Below, piece by piece: positions 36,939 to 47,061 of a DNA stretch of 64,000 bases. Both the position numbers and the translations under genes were made by a program. Source of the stretch: an uncultured Mycoplasma sp. (GTDB taxonomy: Bacteria > Bacillota_I > Bacilli_A > RF39 > UBA660); NCBI GenBank assembly GCA_902493595.1, contig CABUPU010000004.1, forward strand, positions 9,958-73,957. The letters run 5' to 3'. The notes under the pieces were generated by a model, which saw only the letters and a list, made by a program, of their open reading frames with translations, did no database searches and was not told the DNA's origin. Positions within the stretch are counted from its first letter, which is position 1. Each line of letters begins with the position of its first letter.

Positions 36939-38612
36939 ATGAAAAATGAAATAGAGGAAACATCTATAGTTGCTTTAGGTGGCCTTGGAGAAGTTGGAAA
37001 AAACATGTATGTCATTACTCATAAAGATGAAATAATTATAATAGATTGTGGAGTTCTTTTCCCTGAGGATGACTTACTTGGAATAGATTATGTTATACAA
37101 GATTATACATATCTTAAACAAAATGAAAGCAAAATTAAAGCATTAATAATAACACATGGTCATGAAGATCATATTGGAGGAATTCCATTTTTACTTCAAA
37201 GTGTAAATATTCCTGTTATTTATGCTCCGAAAATTGCTACAGATTTAATTAATAAAAAACTTGAGGAAAGAAATATTAATTACAAAAATATTGAACTAAT
37301 AAATAAAGACTTAGTTTTAGAGTATAAATATTTTAAAATTGAATTTGTTAATACTACTCACTCAATACCAGATAGTTTTGCAATATGTATTCATACACCA
37401 AATGGAACGATTTTTGAAACTGGAGATTTTAAATTTGATTTAACCCCAATTGGACCAATGGCAGATATTCATAAAATGGCTAAAATTGGTGCTGAAGGTG
37501 TAACACTACTTTTAAGTGATTCAACCAATGCTCTATCCGAAGGTTATTCAAAAAGTGAATCATCAGTTGATGGAACTTTAAATGATATTATATCAAGACA
37601 TCACGGAAGAGTTATAATTGCAACATTTGCCTCAAATATATTTAGAATTAAACATATAGTTGAAACTTGTAAGCAATACGGAAGAAAAATAATTGTCTTT
37701 GGAAGAAGTATGGAAAATGCAATCGAACTTGCTAGTAATAATGGTCTTATCGAAGATAAAAGTATATTTATAGATGCATATCAAGCAAAAAGTTTAAAAA
37801 GAAATGAAGTATGTATATTATGTACTGGTACTCAAGGAGAACCTCTTGCGGCTTTATCAAGAATAGCTAATGGTGTTCATAAACAAATATCATTATTAAA
37901 TGATGATTTAGTAATATTTTCATCAAGTGCTATACCAGGTAATGCAAATAGTATAAATAAAATTATTAATAAACTTTATTTAAAAGGTGTAAGAGTATTT
38001 ACTAATACTGAATTTAGTGATATACATACATCTGGTCATGCTAAAGAAGAAGAACTTAAATGGATGCTTAGAATTATTAAACCAGCTTATTTTATGCCAA
38101 TGCATGGTGAATACAGAATGCTTAAAAAACATGCTGAAATTGCTAAAATGTGTGATGTTGAAAATTCTTTAATTTGTGAAAATGGTAATGTTGTAAAAAT
38201 GCTTAATGGAAAAGTGTATAAAGATGGTAATGTTATATCTGGCGATGTTTATGTTGATGGATCAAGAGTTGGTGATGTAGGCTCTGTAGTTATAAAGGAT
38301 AGAAAACTTATGAGTCATGACGGTATTTTAATCACTATTTTAAATATTAATACTTTAACAAGAAAATTATTAATAAAACCAAATGTTACTGCGCGTGGAT
38401 TTGTTACAATAAATGAAAATATTGAATTAATTAATAAAATAGAAAATAAAATTTCTGATATTACAAATAATTACCTAGCAAAATCAATTTATAGTTATAC
38501 TGATTTAAAAAATCAAATCATTTTAGAGGTTCTTCCATATATTAATGAACTTACAGGAAGAAGACCAATTATATTACCTGTAATTATGGAAGTTAATCAA
38601 TCTATATATTAA
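36939..38612 (+). CDS. rnj: ribonuclease J (metallo-beta-lactamase / beta-CASP)
   Basis: 'HGHEDHIGG', 557 aa with a beta-CASP and C-terminal domain. Confidence 0.9.
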   Translation: MKNEIEETSIVALGGLGEVGKNMYVITHKDEIIIIDCGVLFPEDDLLGIDYVIQDYTYLKQNESKIKALIITHGHEDHIGGIPFLLQSVNIPVIYAPKIATDLINKKLEERNINYKNIELINKDLVLEYKYFKIEFVNTTHSIPDSFAICIHTPNGTIFETGDFKFDLTPIGPMADIHKMAKIGAEGVTLLLSDSTNALSEGYSKSESSVDGTLNDIISRHHGRVIIATFASNIFRIKHIVETCKQYGRKIIVFGRSMENAIELASNNGLIEDKSIFIDAYQAKSLKRNEVCILCTGTQGEPLAALSRIANGVHKQISLLNDDLVIFSSSAIPGNANSINKIINKLYLKGVRVFTNTEFSDIHTSGHAKEEELKWMLRIIKPAYFMPMHGEYRMLKKHAEIAKMCDVENSLICENGNVVKMLNGKVYKDGNVISGDVYVDGSRVGDVGSVVIKDRKLMSHDGILITILNINTLTRKLLIKPNVTARGFVTINENIELINKIENKISDITNNYLAKSIYSYTDLKNQIILEVLPYINELTGRRPIILPVIMEVNQSIY

Positions 38613-38642
38613 AAAAACTGCAATAATCATATTGCAATTTTT

Positions 38643-39152
38643 TTATAGGTATTTTTCTAATTGTTCATTTTGACTATAGAATCTATCAAAGGTTAAATAC
38701 TTTGCTCCATCTTTTATTAATACCTGTGGTTTTTGAACCTCTCTACTTTTAAAAACAGTTTCACAATTTAAAGTAAAATATTTTGGACTAAATATCATAC
38801 AAATTTTATCACTTGCCCAATGTTTTTCTAATACATTTCTATCAGTTTCAGAAAATACACTAGTATATTGTCCATGTGAATGATAACAGCCAATAACTTC
38901 GAGGTTTTTAGATTTAGCAAAATTTAATGCTCTTGACTCATAAAAAAGTGGAAACATAAATTCATTTGCAGAACCAACTAAATCTTTTTCATAATACATT
39001 TGTGTAACATAAAAATATTTAAGCCCATCCTTTTCTATCATACTACCTAAAAGATAACCTCCACATTCGTGAAATTCATCCATAAATGCGTGATTTATAA
39101 TAGCATCAGACACATTTAAATTCATAATAACAATTGATTTTTGTGTTTCCAT
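38643..39152 (-). CDS. standalone JAB/MPN (JAMM) metalloprotease-domain protein
   Basis: Complete JAMM motif: E ('FHECGGY') ... 'HSHGQYTSVFSETD' (HxHx7Sx2D). RBS AAGGA lies 26 nt after the rny stop, so it is co-transcribed with rny. Confidence 0.6.
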   Translation of the reverse strand: METQKSIVIMNLNVSDAIINHAFMDEFHECGGYLLGSMIEKDGLKYFYVTQMYYEKDLVGSANEFMFPLFYESRALNFAKSKNLEVIGCYHSHGQYTSVFSETDRNVLEKHWASDKICMIFSPKYFTLNCETVFKSREVQKPQVLIKDGAKYLTFDRFYSQNEQLEKYL

Positions 39153-39178
39153 AATATCCTTTCAAAAAGAAGAAGTCA

Positions 39179-40744
39179 TTATTTTGCTTCTTCTTGTGCT
39201 CTTGTTTCCCTAATAACAGTAATTTTAATTGTACCAGGATATTGCATTTCTTTTTCAATTTTATCTTTCATATCTCTAGCAATTTTAAAACTTGTTAAAT
39301 CATCAACTTCATTAGGTTTAACCATAACTCTAACTTCTCTTCCTGCTTGCATTGCATATGTTTTTTCAACACCTTCGAAAGAGTTTCCAATACTTTCTAA
39401 TTGTTCAAGTCTTTTTATATAATTTTCAACTGAATCATTTCTTGCACCAGGTCTTGCAGCACTTAAAGTGTCCGCTACTGCGACAAGGTTGGCAATTACA
39501 GTTTTTGCTTCTTTTGCACCATGATGAGAAACTATTGCATCAAGTACTGTTTCATTTTCATGATATTTTTTAGCAATATCATATCCAATATCAACATGAG
39601 AACCCTCAACTTCAAAATCTATTGCTTTACCAATATCATGTAAAAGTCCCGCTCTTTTAGCAAGTGAAATATTTTCACCAAGTTCTGATGCCATAAGTCC
39701 ACATAGATTAGCAACCTCGATTGAATGCTTTAATGCATTTTGTCCATAACTAGTACGATAATTTAATTTACCAATTAAATGTAATAGTTCTGGATCCATC
39801 TTAGTAAGACCAAGTTCATTCATTGTCTTATTACCAAGTTCAGTTATTTTACTATCAATATCCCTTACAGTTTTATCATATACTTCCTCGATTCTTGCAG
39901 GATGTATACGGCCATCTTTAATAAGTGTCTCAATAGTAATTTTAGCTATTTCTCTACGAAGTGGATCAAATGATGATATAACAATAGCTTCAGGAGTATC
40001 ATCAATTATTAAATCAACTCCAGTAATAGATTCAATTGTACGAATATTTCTTCCTTCACGGCCAATTAAACGACCTTTCATTTCATCATTAGGAAGTTCA
40101 ATTGTACTAACTGTCTGAAGACCTACAACATCATCAGCATATCTTTCCATTGAACCAACAATTAATTGTTTTGCTTTTTCATTTGCCTCAAGTTTTGCTT
40201 TTGCAGTTTCTTCGGAAATATACTCTGCTATTTCCTTACTCATATCAGCCTCAACTCTAGACATAATTTGTTTTCTAGCATTGTCTTTACTTAAGCCAGA
40301 TATTTTTTCTAATTTTTCAATTTCCTCTTTTAAAAGAGTATCCATTTTATCCTCTTTTTCTTGGATAGTTTGATTTCTTAAATTTAGAGAGTTTTCTTTT
40401 GCATCTAAAGACGAATCTCTTTTCTGAAGCATTTCTTCTCTCTTATCAAGATTATTTTCTCTACTAATTAAACGATTTTCAGTTTCTTTAAGTTCTGCTT
40501 TTTTTTCTTTTATTTCAGCATCCGTTTGTTGTTTTAATTTAAAACTTTCTTCTTTAAGTTCCAAAAGAGCATCTCTTTTTTGTTTGTCTGCTTCTTTTTT
40601 AGCTTCATCAATTAGTTTAATAGCTTTATTAGTGCGTTTTTTATTTATAATATAATAAATTACAAATACTATTGCACCACCAATTATTAATCCAATAACT
40701 AGAGTTAAAATGGAAGTTGTAGTTAATTCCATTTTAATCCTCAC
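39179..40744 (-). CDS. rny: ribonuclease Y
   Basis: N-terminal TM, coiled coil, KH domain and HD domain ('LLHDIGKA'). Confidence 0.9.
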   Translation of the reverse strand: MRIKMELTTTSILTLVIGLIIGGAIVFVIYYIINKKRTNKAIKLIDEAKKEADKQKRDALLELKEESFKLKQQTDAEIKEKKAELKETENRLISRENNLDKREEMLQKRDSSLDAKENSLNLRNQTIQEKEDKMDTLLKEEIEKLEKISGLSKDNARKQIMSRVEADMSKEIAEYISEETAKAKLEANEKAKQLIVGSMERYADDVVGLQTVSTIELPNDEMKGRLIGREGRNIRTIESITGVDLIIDDTPEAIVISSFDPLRREIAKITIETLIKDGRIHPARIEEVYDKTVRDIDSKITELGNKTMNELGLTKMDPELLHLIGKLNYRTSYGQNALKHSIEVANLCGLMASELGENISLAKRAGLLHDIGKAIDFEVEGSHVDIGYDIAKKYHENETVLDAIVSHHGAKEAKTVIANLVAVADTLSAARPGARNDSVENYIKRLEQLESIGNSFEGVEKTYAMQAGREVRVMVKPNEVDDLTSFKIARDMKDKIEKEMQYPGTIKITVIRETRAQEEAK

Positions 40745-40842
40745 TTTCCTTTTACATAGAATTTTTTTAATTCCTACAATTTAATTATATATTTTTTTTC
40801 AAACTTAATCAATAGAAAAATAATATAGGTTTACAAAATTAC

Positions 40843-41499
40843 CTATATTACATATAAAAATATTGAAAAAAAGAATAATATACTTGCGGCTAAAACAAAG
40901 AAATGAAATATTGAATGCATATATTTTTTCTTTTTACCTACTGCATAAAATATTGCACCAATAGTATAAATAATTCCTCCACTGAGCATCAAATAAATAC
41001 CTGCTATATCAATGCTATTTAATAGTGTTTTAAAAGTAAATATAATCATCCATCCCATTACTAAATAAAGAAACATTGAAAATTTTTTATACTTATTTAA
41101 ATTAATTGAATTTAAAGTTATACCAAGTATTGCACATCCCCATATAACCCCAAAAACTGTCCATCCTAAAGCCTTGGGAAGTGATACCAATGCATATGGT
41201 GTATAAGTTCCCGCAATAAGTAAAAAAATCGAATCATGATCTAATATTCTAAAAACTCTTTTAGCATTATTAGGTTTAAATGAATGATATAATGTAGACA
41301 TTGTATATAAAATAATTGAGCAACTTCCATAAATAACTGAACTTATTACAGCATAAACATTATGATGAATTGCACTAAAAACAGTACATAAAACAAGAGC
41401 TGCAATTGAAAGAAGACCTCCAACACCATGACTTATCGCAGATAATAATTCCTCACATAAATTATATTTTGGTATTTCAATCTTATCTTTTAATTTCAT
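40843..41499 (-). CDS. hemolysin III / PAQR-family 7-TM membrane protein (YqfA-like)
   Basis: 7 TM with conserved His residues ('ISHGVGG', 'HDS', 'HSIFH'). Confidence 0.6.
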   Translation of the reverse strand: MKLKDKIEIPKYNLCEELLSAISHGVGGLLSIAALVLCTVFSAIHHNVYAVISSVIYGSCSIILYTMSTLYHSFKPNNAKRVFRILDHDSIFLLIAGTYTPYALVSLPKALGWTVFGVIWGCAILGITLNSINLNKYKKFSMFLYLVMGWMIIFTFKTLLNSIDIAGIYLMLSGGIIYTIGAIFYAVGKKKKYMHSIFHFFVLAASILFFFSIFLYVI

Positions 41500-41587
41500 A
41501 TATAAATCATATCATAAACATAACAATATTTAAAGAGCAAATATTTTAAAATATGTGTTATAATAGTCTTCATAAAGGAGAAAGAAT

Positions 41588-41738
41588 ATGCAAGATAATT
41601 TTATGAAATATATAGAATATTTATATGTAACAGGGCAACTTGATGAAATGGATAATGAACAGATTTCAGAAATTGCCAATGAACTTTTTAATGATGATGA
41701 ATCATTAGATAATGATGATAATAGTTTAAAAAGATAAA
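41588..41738 (+). CDS. small acidic protein (49 aa), hypothetical
   Basis: RBS AAAGGAGA + 7 nt + ATG, encoding MQDNFMKYIEYLYVTGQLDEMDNEQISEIANELFNDDESLDNDDNSLKR. A terminator hairpin AACAATGC-N7-GCATTGTT follows. This ORF is not in the supplied track. Confidence 0.35.
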
Positions 41739-41751
41739 AAAACAATGCCAC

Positions 41752-42555
41752 TTATGCATTGTTTTCATTTGATGTTAAAGTAATATTTCCAACTCCACCT
41801 TCAATAGTTAAACTAACAAGTCCTTTACCATTTTCATAATTTGAATTTATTTCTTCGCCATTAACTTTAATATTACCTATCCCTTTATTAATCTTAACTT
41901 TATAATCATTTAAACTATTAAATAAGTTAATATTAAATTCTCCTACACCAGTAGTAATTTTATTACTACCTTTGAATAAAGCAGAAATATTTGTTTTACC
42001 AGCTCCCATAGTTAAACTTAAATTATAGATATTTCCATATTCAATATCAAGACTACCTGCTCCACCTAAAACTTTAGTTTCATCTAAAACAGTAAGTCTT
42101 TTAAAATCAATTTTACCTGCTCCTTGTTTTAAATTAAGTTTTTTAGTTACAAGATTTTCAGCTTCAATTTTACCAGCACCTGTAGTAAATTCTATTTCAC
42201 TAAATTCTTTATCTCTAGGAAGATAAAGAATTAAATTACTATCTTTTGTTTCAAAAGAAACATTAATTTTTTCTTCATTGATTTTAATTACACCATTTTT
42301 ATTTTCTAACTTTACATTTTTATTATTTGTTTCTATTTTAAAGTTTTCAGCATCTTTAATAATTAAATTTGTATAAGATAAAGTTACGCTTAACTTAGAA
42401 ATATTATCATTTCCATCATAAATAACTTTATTTTCCTTTAAAAGAGCACCAGTACTAAAAAACTTTTTAAATACATTATATTTGCCTGTATAAAGTCCAT
42501 ATATAACAAATATTATTAATGCAAGAATAATTAATCTAAATAATCTTTTTATCAT
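41752..42555 (-). CDS. DUF4097-like putative adhesin / beta-helix repeat protein (YvlB/LiaG-like)
   Basis: N-terminal TM and repeated 'GAGK/GVG' beta-strand units. Confidence 0.45.
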   Translation of the reverse strand: MIKRLFRLIILALIIFVIYGLYTGKYNVFKKFFSTGALLKENKVIYDGNDNISKLSVTLSYTNLIIKDAENFKIETNNKNVKLENKNGVIKINEEKINVSFETKDSNLILYLPRDKEFSEIEFTTGAGKIEAENLVTKKLNLKQGAGKIDFKRLTVLDETKVLGGAGSLDIEYGNIYNLSLTMGAGKTNISALFKGSNKITTGVGEFNINLFNSLNDYKVKINKGIGNIKVNGEEINSNYENGKGLVSLTIEGGVGNITLTSNENNA

Positions 42556-43232
42556 TTAACATCTACTCCACCAAAGATGCATACAGAATTTAAATATATA
42601 GTAATTTCTTTTTTACTAGATTGTTTTCCTCTTTTTACTTCAACACCTCCGAAAAATGGAGTCGAAGATACTTTAACTTTTACATCATCAGGCACATATA
42701 TATCTATTCCACCAAAAACTGATAAAGTATTTATAACAATATCTTTTTCAATTTTGGCATCTCTTAAATCAAGTTTTATTCCTCCGAAAAGTGATTTTAA
42801 ATCTAAATTCTCTACTTTTTCATCCTCAAATTTTAAATCTTGAGAACCAAATACTGCAATATAATTATTGCTTTCTTTATTATTTGCATTAATTTTTTTA
42901 ATTTCTTTGCCATTAATACTTAATACATCCTTAAATACTAATAAAAGTCCAATTGAAATTAATATAACTGGCAATAATAATTTAATTAAAAGCTCATATT
43001 CAATTAAATCTCTTTCCGCTAAAAAAAGCCAAACACCAATAATTAAAAATATTAAACTTGAGGTTTTTTCTTTATCATTTATAAGTCCTACTAAAGAAGG
43101 AATTATTATAAATAAAGTCCACCAACCAGAGAAAAATAAATTAATATTAGTAATTCCAAAAGCATTTAAACCAAGTATTAAACCAATAAAAATTAATAAA
43201 AATCCAATAATATATTTTGTATAATCTTTCAT
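42552..43232 (-). CDS. LiaF-like membrane protein (cell-wall stress response; DUF2154 C-terminal domain)
   Basis: 4 N-terminal TM helices and C-terminal 'FGGVEVKR'-type beta repeats. It overlaps the downstream gene by 4 nt. Confidence 0.45.
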   Translation of the reverse strand: MKDYTKYIIGFLLIFIGLILGLNAFGITNINLFFSGWWTLFIIIPSLVGLINDKEKTSSLIFLIIGVWLFLAERDLIEYELLIKLLLPVILISIGLLLVFKDVLSINGKEIKKINANNKESNNYIAVFGSQDLKFEDEKVENLDLKSLFGGIKLDLRDAKIEKDIVINTLSVFGGIDIYVPDDVKVKVSSTPFFGGVEVKRGKQSSKKEITIYLNSVCIFGGVDVK

Positions 43233-43345
43233 ATCTAACCTACTTTCTATAAAAATTATAACACTTAATAAAGTCTATGTAAAACTATTTTAAATAATAA
43301 TGTCTAATTGTATTTAAGTTTTCAACATTATTTGCCAGCTACATT

Positions 43346-44224
43346 TTAAAGACTCTTTATAAAATCATAGATATATGGGTATATAATTTTATATCCTTCA
43401 TAATTCAAATGAAGATTATCTGGCAAATATGTTTTTGTATTAACTTTTAAGATATTTGAATATTCTTCATTAAATAAATCTAAATATTTTATATTCCATT
43501 TATCAAGAATTTTCTTTGTCATCATAATATATTTATTATAATCATCATAACTCCATTTATGACCTCTTTCTGTATAATTTGGAGTATAATAAGTTATAAT
43601 ATATCCAATTTTTGCATCTTTAAAATATTTTTTTGCGTTATATATATATGATTCAAATCCTCCGGCAAAAGTATTTACATCAAAATCATCTTCACTCTTA
43701 CTATTTGATATTTCTCCTAAAGGTGTGTTATATAAAACATCATTAATACCACCTTGCATAATTACATAATCATATTTTTCATTTGCATGAGAAATAATTG
43801 TATCTGTAAGCCACTTATTTTTATCATCATAGGTTGATACTCTATAATCACTTATTCCAGCATTCATAACGATGTTAAAATCATAATTATCCTTTATAAA
43901 TTCTGCCCAAGAATAACCTTTAGTTAGAAAACCATAAGTTATAGAATCACCGAAAAATATAATATTTTTATTTTTAGTAACCATAGTATAAATAATTTTA
44001 TAAGATACTTCTTTATTATCGAGTTTGCAATTTATAGTATCATTATTTTTTTGACAAACGACTTTTTCATTATTCGAAGATACAATGTTATCTAAATAAT
44101 TATAATTTTCATTTTCTAAGATATGTACTTCTTTAGATTTAACATTTATAAAAGTTTCTTTTTCTTTTACATTATTACAACCACATACAACTACACATAA
44201 CATTATTAAAATAAATTTTTTCAT
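43346..44224 (-). CDS. SGNH/GDSL hydrolase lipoprotein
   Basis: Lipobox 'VVCGC' and GDSL block 'IIFFGDSITYG'. Confidence 0.6.
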   Translation of the reverse strand: MKKFILIMLCVVVCGCNNVKEKETFINVKSKEVHILENENYNYLDNIVSSNNEKVVCQKNNDTINCKLDNKEVSYKIIYTMVTKNKNIIFFGDSITYGFLTKGYSWAEFIKDNYDFNIVMNAGISDYRVSTYDDKNKWLTDTIISHANEKYDYVIMQGGINDVLYNTPLGEISNSKSEDDFDVNTFAGGFESYIYNAKKYFKDAKIGYIITYYTPNYTERGHKWSYDDYNKYIMMTKKILDKWNIKYLDLFNEEYSNILKVNTKTYLPDNLHLNYEGYKIIYPYIYDFIKSL

Positions 44225-44231
44225 AAATTAC

Positions 44232-45290
44232 CTACCTTAACTTTAATATTGACATATCATCATATAAATTGTTTAAATTATATAATATTAATACATTATC
44301 AATATTTTTACTCTTTACAAAATCACTTACACTTTTATTATAATACCTTAAATCAATTACATAAATATTTTTATAATGTGATGTTAAAAAAGGAATAAAT
44401 GAATTTGCATAACTATTTTTTATAACAAGAATTGAGTTTTCATTTTCAAAATTTTCAATTTCTATTAAAGCATGATTATTATCTAAAAATATTGAATACT
44501 TATCTTTTTTATCTAAATAATCATAATTATATAAACTATTAGTTATTTTATTTTCATTAACATAATTTATAGTTAAATTTTCATTTTTTAAAAATAAATA
44601 TATATCATCACTTTTATCATAACTAAGCACTTTTGTTTGACTTGTTCCTTTAAAAGAGTTACTTACTTTAACAATATTATAATAGCTTTCGTCATTTGGA
44701 ATAACGTTTTTACTTTCCATATATTTTTTATATGCATAATATGCACCGAAACTAGTCCAGTGATGATCAGTTTTATAATACATATTTGTTTTTTTATTAT
44801 GATTTTTTAAAGTATCTATTACATTTATATTATTTGAATATTTTAAACTACTATATAAATAATTTATATCAATTTCTTCATTTGTGTTAATACTTCTTTT
44901 TAGTTTATCACTATTAATATAAATAGAATCAGGTACTATCATAACATCTGTTTGAATATTTTTAGCAAAATCATTTATTGTTTCTATTATTAAACTACTT
45001 TTTTTGATTTCAACTTTTTCTGGCAATAAATAATAATCATTTGCAACATAAACTCCATTTACAAGGGTTTTACCACATAATAATTCAATTTTATTTTTTA
45101 GTTTTAAAAGTTTATTTCTAAATGGTGCATTATCAAGTAAATAACTCTCTACATTGTTTAAACTAAATTTTGTTAAATATCTATTTTCAAATTCTGAATA
45201 GCTTTCCTTTTTTTTAAATATAAACATAACTGAATAAATAAAAATCATAATACTTATTATTAAAAATATAATTTTATTTCTTTTTTTCAT
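44232..45290 (-). CDS. DHHW-family protein (AlgX/AlgJ/DltD-like O-acyl transfer partner)
   Basis: N-terminal TM and 'YYKTDHHWTSFGAYYAY'. Confidence 0.6.
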   Translation of the reverse strand: MKKRNKIIFLIISIMIFIYSVMFIFKKKESYSEFENRYLTKFSLNNVESYLLDNAPFRNKLLKLKNKIELLCGKTLVNGVYVANDYYLLPEKVEIKKSSLIIETINDFAKNIQTDVMIVPDSIYINSDKLKRSINTNEEIDINYLYSSLKYSNNINVIDTLKNHNKKTNMYYKTDHHWTSFGAYYAYKKYMESKNVIPNDESYYNIVKVSNSFKGTSQTKVLSYDKSDDIYLFLKNENLTINYVNENKITNSLYNYDYLDKKDKYSIFLDNNHALIEIENFENENSILVIKNSYANSFIPFLTSHYKNIYVIDLRYYNKSVSDFVKSKNIDNVLILYNLNNLYDDMSILKLR

Positions 45291-45300
45291 AAACTACCCC

Positions 45301-46614
45301 TTAAAAACTATTATATAAAAATGGTTTAAATGAACCAGATAAAATAAATGAAACTGTAATTATAAATAAACAAACATAAATAATTATTATTACTATATTT
45401 ATAAATTTGTTATTAGAAATTTTATTTTTTATACTTTCTGGAAGTTTTAAAATCATAAGTAAACTTAATATGATTAAAAATAAATTATCCCTTAAATAAA
45501 AGATTACTTCATTATTATAAAGGTTACCTTTAAACATGTTTGATATAAATAAACTTATATCATTTAAACTATTTTGAGTAAATAATATATAACCAAATAA
45601 AACAATAATTATTACATACAAATGCTTAAATATTTTAGGGAGTTTTTCTAAAAAATTATTTAAAACAAACTTTTCTAAAACTATTATTATTCCATAGTAT
45701 AATCCCCATAATAAAAAATTAATTGTATTTCCGTGCCAAATGCCCGTTAAAAGCCAAACTACCATAAGATTTCTTATTGTTATGAGTTTATTTTTCTTAC
45801 TTCCTCCTAAAGGGAAATAAACATACTCTTTAAAAAAATTTGAAAGTGATATATGCCATTTACGCCAAAAAGAAGATATACTATTTGCTAAATATGGATT
45901 ATCAAAATTTTCCTCTAAAGAAATACCACACATTTTACCAAGTCCTAGTGCCATATTTGTATAACCTAAAAAATCAAAATATAAATATAATGCATAAATA
46001 ATTAAAACAAACAAACATGATAAAAATGTTTTATTAGTTATACTATTAAAAGTGTTATATAAAATACTTAAATTATTTGCAAGTAATACCTTTTGAAATA
46101 AACCCGTTAAAAATCTATAAAAGCCTTTTGCTCCTATTTCAAAAGAAATATCTAAATTCCTTATATTTTTTGTTACTTCATTAAACCTTGTAATTGGTCC
46201 CATTAAAACATTACAAAATAATGTAATATAACATAAATAATCTAAAAAACTTTCATTTTTAATTTTATTATGTTTTCTATCAAGTATGTAACTAATATTA
46301 TTAAAAGTATAAAAACTTATCCCTAAAGGAAATATAAAATAGTTTGTATATTTAAAAAAACTTAAAAATAATATATTAATTATTACCAAAACATTATATG
46401 ATCTTTGATATTTTTTCCCTAATAGCTTAATATAAAAATAATTAAATAAAATGGTAAAAATTAATAAACAAAAATTAAATATTCCACTGTAAAGATAAAA
46501 TATTAAATTAAATATTATAAGAACAATATATCTTTTTGACTTTGGAAGTAAAATAAATAATAAATAAAAAATTGGTAAAAAAAAGAAAATAAATAATAAA
46601 CTACTAAAATTCAT
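45301..46614 (-). CDS. MBOAT-family membrane-bound O-acyltransferase (AlgI/DltB-like)
   Basis: Polytopic, with a conserved His block 'WRKWHISLSNFFKEYVYFPLGG'. Confidence 0.8.
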   Translation of the reverse strand: MNFSSLLFIFFFLPIFYLLFILLPKSKRYIVLIIFNLIFYLYSGIFNFCLLIFTILFNYFYIKLLGKKYQRSYNVLVIINILFLSFFKYTNYFIFPLGISFYTFNNISYILDRKHNKIKNESFLDYLCYITLFCNVLMGPITRFNEVTKNIRNLDISFEIGAKGFYRFLTGLFQKVLLANNLSILYNTFNSITNKTFLSCLFVLIIYALYLYFDFLGYTNMALGLGKMCGISLEENFDNPYLANSISSFWRKWHISLSNFFKEYVYFPLGGSKKNKLITIRNLMVVWLLTGIWHGNTINFLLWGLYYGIIIVLEKFVLNNFLEKLPKIFKHLYVIIIVLFGYILFTQNSLNDISLFISNMFKGNLYNNEVIFYLRDNLFLIILSLLMILKLPESIKNKISNNKFINIVIIIIYVCLFIITVSFILSGSFKPFLYNSF

Positions 46615-47060
46615 TAATTTATATATTCCTTTACTACATTATACATTTCTTCATTATTTTCAGATACTATATATATTAAATAATCACCTACTGATGTTGC
46701 AAGTTTATTTTTAATTAAATTAACAGCCTCTGGTGAATATAAACTACTTTGATTTTCTAATATAGAAAACATTTCATCCATATTATTTTTAACTTTTTCT
46801 TTGTTTTCAGATTTTACTTTAATTAAAGCATAAAAATTACCATCTTGATTTTCACTTGACTTAATAATATATTCTTCCATTAAAGTTATATCTTGATTAT
46901 AAATACCCTCAAGTTCTTTTTCACTCATAAGAGCCATATTTTGATATTTTTCATCAAGGGAGGTTGATGCTCCTTTCATATCAAGTGTTGATGCACTTTT
47001 GTTACAACCAGCTAAAATAATTGCAAGCCCTATAACCATTATAATTTTTTTTAATTTCAT
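46614..47060 (-). CDS. lipoprotein, unknown function
   Basis: Lipobox 'ILAGCNKS'. Confidence 0.4.
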   Translation of the reverse strand: MKLKKIIMVIGLAIILAGCNKSASTLDMKGASTSLDEKYQNMALMSEKELEGIYNQDITLMEEYIIKSSENQDGNFYALIKVKSENKEKVKNNMDEMFSILENQSSLYSPEAVNLIKNKLATSVGDYLIYIVSENNEEMYNVVKEYIN

Positions 47061-47061
47061 A

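Noticed and set aside
41530-41751. 73-aa minus-strand ORF
   Set aside because: Low-complexity and without an RBS. It overlaps a better-supported plus-strand small ORF and a terminator hairpin.
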